Shown here piece by piece: positions 56,714-64,000 of a stretch of 64,000 bases of DNA. The notes beneath the pieces are model-generated. The model had not been told where the DNA came from. It made no database searches and worked only from the letters and a program-made list of their open reading frames with translations. Within the stretch, counting starts at the first letter, position 1. Every line of letters begins with the position of its first letter. The stretch lies in NCBI GenBank assembly GCA_017161655.1, contig JADFCV010000001.1, forward strand, positions 517,786-581,785, given 5' to 3'. Source of the DNA: Candidatus Sumerlaeota bacterium. Lineage in GTDB: Bacteria > Sumerlaeota > Sumerlaeia > Sumerlaeales > Sumerlaeaceae. Both the position numbers and the translations under genes were made by a program.

Positions 56714-56911
56714 TCAGCGAGGCTTGCGCACAGGCAAAGCCGTAGTCTCCGGGAAAGTCTGCTGGACTGAAGAAGGCGCTTTTGTCTGGACTTCGGACGA
56801 ATAACTCTCCTGCCGCGCAACGCCTTTGACTTTTTTCGCGAGTCCGGCGCAACTGGTTAATCCCACCGCCGCCAGTATGGCTAATATGATATGCAGGTCT
56901 TTCACAGTCAT
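56714..56911 (-). CDS. Small lipoprotein of unknown function (65 aa)
   Basis: MTVKDLHIILAILAAVGLTSCAG..., with lipobox L-T-S-C and GGAG 7 nt upstream of the ATG. It lies in a different frame from the amidase ORF extension and ends 44 nt before the amidase start. Confidence 0.5.
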   Translation of the reverse strand: MTVKDLHIILAILAAVGLTSCAGLAKKVKGVARQESYSSEVQTKAPSSVQQTFPETTALPVRKPR

Positions 56912-57026
56912 GAGCTTGCTCCATCAGCCTAGTTCGTAATGTACTTTCATAAAAGATTTAACCAGCTATAGCACCGGTTTCTACAATTAGTTTTTGCTAT
57001 ATGAGGGAATGTAAAGAGGGAGAAGA

Positions 57027-58388
57027 ATGATTCAACAAGGACGAATCCGACTGCTAAATGATGCGCCGGTGCGCAGCGGCCGATATGTGCTTTACTGGAT
57101 GCAGCAAAGCCAGCGGCTGCATTGGAATCATGCCTTTGAGTACGCCATTTCTCAAGCAAACACTCGCGGTGAGCAGGTTATCGTCGGCTTTGGAATTACG
57201 CCACATTTCCCGGAAGCAAACCTTCGGCATTACGCCTTTATGTTTGAGGGGCTCGAAGATGTGCTTGCGGAGGCAAAACGTCGGGGCGTGAGCTTTGTCG
57301 CGCGTGTGGGGTCGCCCGACGACGTGTGTGTCGAGTTGGCGCGTGAAGCCTCAGAAGTTGTAGTGGACTGCGGATACCTCCGCATTCAGCGGGAGTGGCG
57401 CAGGTCTGCCGCCCGGCGCCTGCAGTGTAGATTCACAGAGGTCGAGACCGACGCTATCGTTCCCGTCTTTTTGGCGAGCCAAAAAGAAGAGTACGCAGCA
57501 GCGACGCTTCGACCACGTATTCACCGACTCTTGCCCGAATTCCTCGTTCCTATCGCCGAACAAGCAGTCAATAATCGGGCTGAAAACAACCCAGTTATTG
57601 ACTCGACCACGCTATCAGAGCTTCGAGAAATCCTGCGCTGCCTGCAGGTAGATACAAGTGTTCCTCCAGTCACACGCTGGCGAGGCGGCACTTCTCAGGC
57701 GCTTTTGCTTCTCGAGGATTTTCTTGTGCGAAAACTCCCGTCTTATGCGAACAAGAGAAACGATCCCACGGAAGATGCCACGTCTGGTCTGAGCGCGTAT
57801 CTCCATTTCGGGCAAATTTCACCGTTACACATTGCTTGGCGCGTCATGTCTTCTCCTCCGTCACCCTCACGTGATGCTTTTCTTGAGGAATTGATTGTGC
57901 GCAGAGAACTCAGTCTTAATTTCGCAACATTTAATGCTTATTACGATAGCTTTGACTGCTTGCCTGAATGGGCCAAGTTAACCCTTGAACGCCATGCCTC
58001 GGATCGTCGCCTGTGGGTTTATACGCAGGAGGAATTTGAAGCAGCGAAAACTCATGACACAATCTGGAACACGTGTCAGAAAATGCTCGTTACCCAGGGT
58101 TGGTTGCACGGCTACTTGCGCATGTATTGGGGGAAGAAAATCCTTGAGTGGAGCCACTCACCACAAGAGGCCTTCAATATCGCCCTTTCTTTAAACAACA
58201 AGTATCAACTCGATGGTCGAGACCCTAATAGTTTTGCTGGGGTGGCTTGGTGTTTTGGAAAGCACGATCGCCCCTGGCCAGAGCGCCCCATTTACGGAAA
58301 TGTTCGCTGCATGATGGAAAGTGGCTTACAAAGGAAATTTGATGTCAAAAAGTACCTATCGCACGTAGCGAAGCTTCTCGAGTCTTAA
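57027..58388 (+). CDS. phr: Deoxyribodipyrimidine photolyase, class II
   Basis: 453 aa. YVLYWMQQSQRLHWNHAF, EEYAAATLRPRIHRLLPEF, LSAYLHFGQIS, KTHDTIWN, HGYLRMYWGKKILEW, QLDGRDPNSFAGVAW and RKFDV match my recollection of class II CPD photolyases such as the Methanosarcina enzyme. Confidence 0.88.
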   Translation: MIQQGRIRLLNDAPVRSGRYVLYWMQQSQRLHWNHAFEYAISQANTRGEQVIVGFGITPHFPEANLRHYAFMFEGLEDVLAEAKRRGVSFVARVGSPDDVCVELAREASEVVVDCGYLRIQREWRRSAARRLQCRFTEVETDAIVPVFLASQKEEYAAATLRPRIHRLLPEFLVPIAEQAVNNRAENNPVIDSTTLSELREILRCLQVDTSVPPVTRWRGGTSQALLLLEDFLVRKLPSYANKRNDPTEDATSGLSAYLHFGQISPLHIAWRVMSSPPSPSRDAFLEELIVRRELSLNFATFNAYYDSFDCLPEWAKLTLERHASDRRLWVYTQEEFEAAKTHDTIWNTCQKMLVTQGWLHGYLRMYWGKKILEWSHSPQEAFNIALSLNNKYQLDGRDPNSFAGVAWCFGKHDRPWPERPIYGNVRCMMESGLQRKFDVKKYLSHVAKLLES

Positions 58389-58406
58389 ACAAGAAGGAAA
58401 GTGTGT

Positions 58407-59537
58407 ATGCGACGCGTCATTGAACAAAGAGAGCGGGAGTTAGCCAAATTGCTTGTAAGCTATAGTACCCGTGTCTCGAAGGGAGACGTGGTAATGATCT
58501 GCGTAACCGGCACCGATGCGCTACCATTGGCGCAGGCGTGTGTTGAAGAGACCTTAAAAGCAGGGGCTACTCCCCTACTGCAATTTTACGATCCTTTAAT
58601 CCAGCGCGTTCTGCTAAATTTTGGCACCGAAGACGTATTTCGCCAAATTGGCAGGATCGAACTGGATGTCATGAAAAAAGTCCAAGTGTTCATTGGGATT
58701 CGTGGCACCGATAACCCTTATGAGTTGCAAGGCATCCCGGACGCTCAACTTAAAGCATATTCGCGTCTAGTAACAAAGCCAGTTCACCTCGAACAACGCG
58801 TCAAGCGCACGAGGTGGGTTATTCTCCGCTATCCCAACGCTTCCATGGCACAGCTAGCACAAATGAGCTCAGAAGAATTTGCCGATTTCTTCTTCGAAGC
58901 TTGCCTCGTGGACTATGCAAGACTGAAGCGAGGGGCAGAAAAACTAAAGAAGCTCATGGAGCGGACCTCATTGGTCCGAATCGTGGGGCCGGGAACCGAT
59001 CTGGAGTTCTCCATCGAAGGCATTCCCGTTGTTGCTTGTTGTGGAGAAATGAACATTCCTGACGGCGAGTGTTTCACTGCTCCCCGCAAACAAAGTATTG
59101 AGGGGCAGGTCTCATTCAATGCTCCAACAGTGTGGGAGGGTCAGCCCTTCGAGAACGTCACTTTGGTTTTCAGAAGAGGAAAAGTGGTCTCAGCGAAGGC
59201 GAGTACGCCAGAGCAAACCAAAGCCCTGGAGAATATACTGGATCGAGATTCAGGTGCACGTCACGTCGGAGAATTTGCGCTAGGGTTTCATCCCACGATC
59301 AAATGTCCCATGCGCGACATTCTTTTTGACGAGAAGATTTGCGGAAGCTTTCACATGGCACTTGGTCAGTGCTACGACGAAGCGCCAAATGGCAACAAAT
59401 CGCAAATTCACTGGGATCTTGTTTGCATCCAAAGGAGTGAATACGGAGGGGGAGAGATCTACTTCGACGGAAAGCTTGTACGCAAAGATGGGCTGTTCCT
59501 GCTGAAAGAGCTCGCAGCATTAAATCCCGCGATGTGA
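58407..59537 (+). CDS. Aminopeptidase, M29 (AmpS/PepS) family
   Basis: About 376 aa from ATG 58407, with GAAGGA 8 nt upstream. The ORF opens at GTG 58401. LAKLLVSYSTRVSKGDVVMI, the N-terminal pattern and the C-terminal FALGFHP...HWDLV are typical of thermophilic M29 aminopeptidases. Confidence 0.8.
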   Translation: MRRVIEQRERELAKLLVSYSTRVSKGDVVMICVTGTDALPLAQACVEETLKAGATPLLQFYDPLIQRVLLNFGTEDVFRQIGRIELDVMKKVQVFIGIRGTDNPYELQGIPDAQLKAYSRLVTKPVHLEQRVKRTRWVILRYPNASMAQLAQMSSEEFADFFFEACLVDYARLKRGAEKLKKLMERTSLVRIVGPGTDLEFSIEGIPVVACCGEMNIPDGECFTAPRKQSIEGQVSFNAPTVWEGQPFENVTLVFRRGKVVSAKASTPEQTKALENILDRDSGARHVGEFALGFHPTIKCPMRDILFDEKICGSFHMALGQCYDEAPNGNKSQIHWDLVCIQRSEYGGGEIYFDGKLVRKDGLFLLKELAALNPAM

Positions 59538-59583
59538 CAGGGGCTTTGCTATTGCGCATTTTGAGAAATGGGAATCTCGGGCA

Positions 59584-60924
59584 ATGAGTCGATGGGGTCC
59601 ATACGCCCTTTTTTTGCTGGCAGTTTTGTTGTACTTTTTTTCACCCAAATTTGACCGCCAGAACGTCGAGAACCTGGCTCCGGTCACGATAACGTTTTGG
59701 GGGTTTTCCTATCCAGCGCAAACGATGCGTGAGCTCAAGCATCTTTTTGAAGAGCAGAACCCCGGCATCCAGGTGGAAGTGCAAACGGTTGCATGGGAGC
59801 ATCTTCAGCAGAAAACTTTGTGGGCCATTGCGGCCAATTCAAATGTACCTGATGTTATCGTAGGAAGCTCTGAGTGGATTGGCGGGCTCATCAATGCGGG
59901 CGCACTCATGCCCCTTGATGGAACCGAAGAGCTCGACCCGGCCTTTTTCGAACGTTATTTCCCAGCTGCTTTGCGCATCTATCAATTCCCAGATGTTCGC
60001 TCATTCTCAGACGCGACAACTTCGCCGATCCTCCGGCAATACGGCGTGCCTTTAGACCTTGATCTCATGCTCGCTTTCTATCGGCACGACATTCTTGATC
60101 CGGTGATGAAGCGTAAGGGTTTAGAGAGATTCCCCGAAACATGGGAAGGATTGCTGGAACTCGGGAAAACAGTAGCCCAAGAATTTCAGACAAGTCAGCC
60201 TCCCGTGAAACTGCTTGTGCTCGATCCTGAAGACCCCGTGCCTTTCAGCATGGCATTTCTGCCCGCATCAGGAGCTTGGATACTTGATCATTCGCTGCGC
60301 AAAGCTGCTTTTCAAAGTCCCGAGGGATGTGCTGCGTTTTCCTTCTTTTATCGGCTTCTCGCCCAGAATTGTGCGGTCAGATGGGATCGCAGTACAATGG
60401 AAGATCCTCTTGTGCTCTTCAAGACCACTCGGGCATTGGTGAACATTACCGGGCCCTGGTACGGCAAGGTGCTAGAAAGGCGTGCACCCGAACTCGCCGG
60501 CCGCTGGAAGATGGCGAAATTTCCCCGTCGTTCTGAAAACTTCCCATCATGCGCACTTGGAGGAGCCTGTCTAGCTGTCCCTTATAACGCACCACACAGA
60601 AAAGAGGCACTGAAGCTGATAAGGTTTATGGCGAACGACCAATTCGCGCTGGAGTATTTCCGCCGAGTCGGCAGTCCCCCTCCGCAGAAGACCGCGTGGG
60701 AGAATCCCGTCTTTCGGCAACCTGTGGCATATTTTGGAGGACAAAGAATTTACGACCTTATACGTGAAGTCATTGAAACAGCTCGCCCAGTCCAGCTACT
60801 GCCCAACACACAGATCACGCGTGATTCATTGCGCCGCGCCTTACGAGCAATTGCGGACGGCGCCCCCATCCAAGAAACATTAGAGAAGGCCGCTTCTGAA
60901 GTTGACGCACTGCTGGCACAATGA
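59584..60924 (+). CDS. Extracellular solute-binding protein (ABC-type, family 1), orphan
   Basis: 446 aa with an N-terminal anchor WGPYALFLLAVLLYFF. ITFWGFSYPAQTMRELKHLFEEQNPGIQVEVQTVAWEHLQQK...PDVIVGSSEWIGGLINAGALMPLD is typical of sugar-type SBPs. No permease or ATPase gene lies adjacent. Confidence 0.75.
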   Translation: MSRWGPYALFLLAVLLYFFSPKFDRQNVENLAPVTITFWGFSYPAQTMRELKHLFEEQNPGIQVEVQTVAWEHLQQKTLWAIAANSNVPDVIVGSSEWIGGLINAGALMPLDGTEELDPAFFERYFPAALRIYQFPDVRSFSDATTSPILRQYGVPLDLDLMLAFYRHDILDPVMKRKGLERFPETWEGLLELGKTVAQEFQTSQPPVKLLVLDPEDPVPFSMAFLPASGAWILDHSLRKAAFQSPEGCAAFSFFYRLLAQNCAVRWDRSTMEDPLVLFKTTRALVNITGPWYGKVLERRAPELAGRWKMAKFPRRSENFPSCALGGACLAVPYNAPHRKEALKLIRFMANDQFALEYFRRVGSPPPQKTAWENPVFRQPVAYFGGQRIYDLIREVIETARPVQLLPNTQITRDSLRRALRAIADGAPIQETLEKAASEVDALLAQ

Positions 60925-61064
60925 TCGAGAAAGATCGAGCCTCTTTTCTGCTTGCGGCTTTCTGTGGCACAAGCGTTTCTCGGTGATGTTGACAAGGCGC
61001 ACTCACACCCGAGAGCCTGAGATATACTTGAGCTTTAGAGAACAGATGGAGGGATTTCATCGAC

Positions 61065-62435
61065 ATGGCTGAGATTTTGCCATTCCGTGGGACGCGCTAC
61101 AATAACCAGCTGATTCCTGATCTGAGCTTGGTCATTTCGCCTCCCTACGACGTGATTTCTAAAGAAATGCAGGACGCGTTGTACGAGCGCCACCCCAATA
61201 ACGTGGTTCGTCTCATCCTTACAAAAGACGAGGGCGATGATAATTTTTCTGATAAGTACACGCGAGCGGCAAACTACTTGCGGACCTGGCGCAGCGAGGG
61301 CATTCTCATTGAAGATCATCAGCCGTCGCTTTATCTTTATGAACAAGAATTCAAGACGCCTGATGGCGCAAGAAAGGTTCGACGTGGTTTCTTCGCTCTA
61401 GTAAAGCTTCAAGATTATCAGGAAGGCGGCATACGCGCGCACGAGCATACTTTTGCCGGTCCAAAGGCTGATCGCTTCAAGCTATTACAGGCAACAAGAG
61501 CAAATCTCTCGCCGATTTTTCTCATCTTTAACGACCCCGACAAAGAGGTAGCACCCCTCATTGACGAGCGGATGGATGCCACCCGTCCTTGGGCATGCGT
61601 GACTGACGAAGACGGGGTGATCCATCGCTTGTGGGTGGTCAGTAAGAAAGAGTTCATCGCGACCATCCGTGAGAGCATGTTGCCAAAGGAGCTTTTTATT
61701 GCCGACGGACACCATAGGTATGAGACGGCGCTGGCCTACCGCGATTTCATGCGTTCGGAAACTGGTGCAAGAGACGGAAAACAGCCATTCGACTATACTA
61801 TGGTCTACCTGACACCTGCCGAACAGGATGGCTTGGTGATTCTCCCAACCCACCGGGCTCTTTCGAAAAGTTTGATGGCAGACATCAATCTTAGAGAATG
61901 CCTCGACGAACTGAGGGAGTACTTTGACATCTCAACCGAGAAAGTTGATTTCGCCAAAGGCGAGGCTGCAGCAGCCAAGATCACAAAGAAAATTGCGGAG
62001 CTAGGGGCCAAACGCACAGCAATGGCTCTCTTAGAAGCGACCGGAAAAGTGCACTATCTCCATCTCAAAGAAGACGCAGATCCCAACGACCTCATTGATT
62101 CGGACGATATCCCCGAGGTCGTAAAACGGCTCGATGTATCTATCCTCCACCAATTCATTATTAATCGAGTCTTCATTGGAAACCCCGACTTTGAACTCGA
62201 GGAAGACGACTGCTTTTACGTGCGCGACGTTAGCAAATTATTCGAGATGCTTCGCAGCAAAAAGGCCACAGTCGCATTTGTTTTGAATCCGACGCCGATG
62301 TCCCAGGTGCTCGAAATTGTCGCTGCAGGAATTAAGATGCCGCACAAAAGCACATATTTCCATCCAAAGCTGGCTGATGGATTAGTCATGCGCGACATGA
62401 GCCTAGAGATGGCAAAGAAGAGGTCCCGCGGCTAA
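61065..62435 (+). CDS. DUF1015-family protein
   Basis: 456 aa. The N-terminal ILPFRGTRYN...VISPPYDVIS and FIADGHHRYETA are hallmarks of DUF1015. Confidence 0.8.
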   Translation: MAEILPFRGTRYNNQLIPDLSLVISPPYDVISKEMQDALYERHPNNVVRLILTKDEGDDNFSDKYTRAANYLRTWRSEGILIEDHQPSLYLYEQEFKTPDGARKVRRGFFALVKLQDYQEGGIRAHEHTFAGPKADRFKLLQATRANLSPIFLIFNDPDKEVAPLIDERMDATRPWACVTDEDGVIHRLWVVSKKEFIATIRESMLPKELFIADGHHRYETALAYRDFMRSETGARDGKQPFDYTMVYLTPAEQDGLVILPTHRALSKSLMADINLRECLDELREYFDISTEKVDFAKGEAAAAKITKKIAELGAKRTAMALLEATGKVHYLHLKEDADPNDLIDSDDIPEVVKRLDVSILHQFIINRVFIGNPDFELEEDDCFYVRDVSKLFEMLRSKKATVAFVLNPTPMSQVLEIVAAGIKMPHKSTYFHPKLADGLVMRDMSLEMAKKRSRG

Positions 62436-62483
62436 TATCTAAAAAAACGATGCAAAAATGATCCTCCTTTTATCATCGCGAGG

Positions 62484-63272
62484 ATGGCAAGGCACATGCC
62501 GAACATTGCGGCCTCCAGTCTTTTTAAGCAGCAAATCACACATCGACTCACGGAAGCCCTAGACTCGGGTCCTGAGTTTAGGAATGCGGGGGTATTCCCT
62601 ACGGAATTACTCTCGCTTAGCACAAACCCGGACTTCGGCGATTATTTTAGCACGATCGCAATTCATATAGGAGAGGCAACTAAGTCCGACCCCGCGCATG
62701 TGGCTACCACTCTCGCAGAGCGTATGAGGCTACCAAACAACGTGCTACGGCTGGAACCGACGGGATGTGGTTTTATTAACTTTTTTGTCAAACCAGCTGC
62801 TGCTGGTGTTGCCCTTTGGAATCTCAGCCAATGGCTGGAAGAGCATCTGCCCTCCAATTCTATGCCTGGGGATGCACAACACTGGCTTTTGGTAAAATGT
62901 CGCGACACGAAGCTGCACTTTGCCTTCCATGTTTGGAGGAGACTGGCCGAGTTTGACATTCGGTCAGCCTATTTCTCGACAAAACTTCTTGCTCAGCTAG
63001 CAGACCTTACTGAGCCGGAAGAGTTCAGCGTGTGCTTGTTGCTTCATGAGTTTCCCGAGAAACTTCTTCGCAAAGTGCCAAGTGGCTATCTTTACCAGCT
63101 TGCAGTGCGAGTTCGTGATGGCTTTTTTTGGCGAGATCAGGTTGCGCCATTCTGGATAGAAGATTGGGAAGCGCCTTCAATGATACCAGCAAGACACTTT
63201 CTTCTCGCCCTTTGCGAACGGGTTCTACGCGCAGGAATTACTAACATTTTCCACCATCAGACGGGACGTTGA
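62484..63272 (+). CDS. ArgRS-derived protein lacking the catalytic core (Add-1-like N-domain plus DALR anticodon-binding-like C-domain)
   Basis: 262 aa. The N-terminal PDFGDYFSTIAIHIGEATKSDPAHVATTLAERMRLPNNVLRLEPTGCGFINFFVKP aligns by eye with ERFGDYQANVAMGLAK...[36 protein letters not shown] from the argS in this window. The C-terminal LTEPEEF..LLHEFPE...YLYQLAVRVRDGFF aligns with LSAPEELRLGKHLLRFGE...YLYELATRFTSFY. No HIGH or KMSKS region is present. Confidence 0.7.
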   Translation: MARHMPNIAASSLFKQQITHRLTEALDSGPEFRNAGVFPTELLSLSTNPDFGDYFSTIAIHIGEATKSDPAHVATTLAERMRLPNNVLRLEPTGCGFINFFVKPAAAGVALWNLSQWLEEHLPSNSMPGDAQHWLLVKCRDTKLHFAFHVWRRLAEFDIRSAYFSTKLLAQLADLTEPEEFSVCLLLHEFPEKLLRKVPSGYLYQLAVRVRDGFFWRDQVAPFWIEDWEAPSMIPARHFLLALCERVLRAGITNIFHHQTGR

Positions 63273-63275
63273 GGA

Positions 63276-64000
63276 ATGGCAAGTGCTGTCGATTCCATAA
63301 CATTACCAAAAGCTGCTGGTTTTTGCATGCCTGCCGAGTGGGAGAAACACGAGGCGACATGGATTGCATGGCCGCATAACATTACTGATTGGCCAGGAAA
63401 GTTTCATCCGATCCCATGGGTTTTTGCGGAAGTTGTGAAGCATGTTAGCGAAGATGAAGAACTTCGCATCCTTGTGCGTGACGATAAGATGGAACGCATT
63501 GCCTCCCGAATCATTGAGAAGGCTGACGCCGCGCGTGGCAAGATATCATTTTATCAAGTGAATACTAATCGCAGTTGGCTGCGTGATTCCCTACCAACGT
63601 TTGTTGTAAACCGAGTTGAACGAAAAATCGGTGCAATAAAATGGCATTTCAACGCGTGGGCCAAATACAGCGATTGGCAGGCGGACGAAAAGGCCGGTGA
63701 ATTTGTGGCCAAGTTATCAGCTGATTGTTGCTGGTATCCCAAAGACCCGTCATTGGGAAAACGAATTGTGTTGGAGGGAGGCGCAATCGATGTCGACGGA
63801 GAGGGGCTTTTACTGACAACAGAGGAGTGCCTGCTAAGCGAAATCCAAGCACGCAATCCTGGCTACAAGCGTGCCGACTACGAGCTTGTGTTTTCCGAGT
63901 ATCTCGGGGCCACCGAGGTCGTCTGGCTCGCCGGTGGGATTGCCGGAGATGATACTCATGGGCATGTCGACGACGTGGCCCGATTTGTCGGCCCCCGAAA
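63276..64000 (+). CDS. aguA: Agmatine deiminase (PAD_porph family), 3' partial at the window edge
   Basis: My translation from ATG 63276 stays open to the window end. It reads MASAVDSITLPKAAGFCMPAEWEKHEATWIAWPH...WLRDSLPTFV...WHFNAWAKY...LEGGAIDVDGEGLLLTTEECLL...GDDTHGHVDDVARFV, which carries classic agmatine deiminase motifs. It is absent from the ORF track because it has no stop in the window. Confidence 0.88.
   Translation, partial: MASAVDSITLPKAAGFCMPAEWEKHEATWIAWPHNITDWPGKFHPIPWVFAEVVKHVSEDEELRILVRDDKMERIASRIIEKADAARGKISFYQVNTNRSWLRDSLPTFVVNRVERKIGAIKWHFNAWAKYSDWQADEKAGEFVAKLSADCCWYPKDPSLGKRIVLEGGAIDVDGEGLLLTTEECLLSEIQARNPGYKRADYELVFSEYLGATEVVWLAGGIAGDDTHGHVDDVARFVGPR

Noticed and set aside
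56670-56924. An N-terminal 85-aa extension of the amidase ORF.
   Set aside because: An internal ATG at 56669 has a good RBS and is followed immediately by a signal peptide. The extension region is better explained by a separate small lipoprotein ORF in another frame.

Overview
This 64-kb chromosomal window comes from a diderm bacterium, judged from the LptF/G-family permease, TatAC and NuoABC. GC content is about 50-55% by eye and was not computed. I count about 59 protein genes, two of them small lipoprotein ORFs, plus one tRNA-Thr(GGU). I saw no rRNA, CRISPR array, IS element, integrase, phage gene or recognisable defence gene, so there is no evidence of a mobile island.

Most genes are housekeeping: panC, mnmG, fabI, murA, ridA, ilvN, ald, sppA, argS, purL, glnB, mtnA, efp, purQ-purS-purC, an IMPase, tatA-tatC, moaC, gap, tpiA, a PPi-PFK, an ATP-PFK, nuoA-B-C, pyrB, ribH, trpF-trpB, a class II photolyase, an M29 aminopeptidase and aguA (3' partial). 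Gene order is unusually scattered, and many classical operons appear only as fragments.

The parts that are not routine are:
1. An 846-aa membrane-anchored GspE/PilB-type ATPase fused to a periplasmic TPR-like domain and a zinc ribbon. It has no secretion or pilus partner genes nearby.
2. A tightly packed six-gene string: YfhO-type GT-C, stand-alone PilZ, GAF protein, FG-GAP beta-propeller, GH3 hexosaminidase and a small membrane protein. I read it as a candidate c-di-GMP-controlled envelope glycan module.
3. A P-II gene translationally coupled to purL.
4. A 1069-aa lipoprotein whose C-terminal PHP/CehA-like domain seems to have lost its metal-binding histidines.
5. An EF-P with Asn in place of the modified Lys/Arg.
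6. An ArgRS-derived protein that lacks the catalytic core.
7. A 51-aa cysteine-rich lipoprotein gene that falls below the ORF-track cut-off.

All protein calls rest on motif recognition and recalled family consensus. No database search was run.
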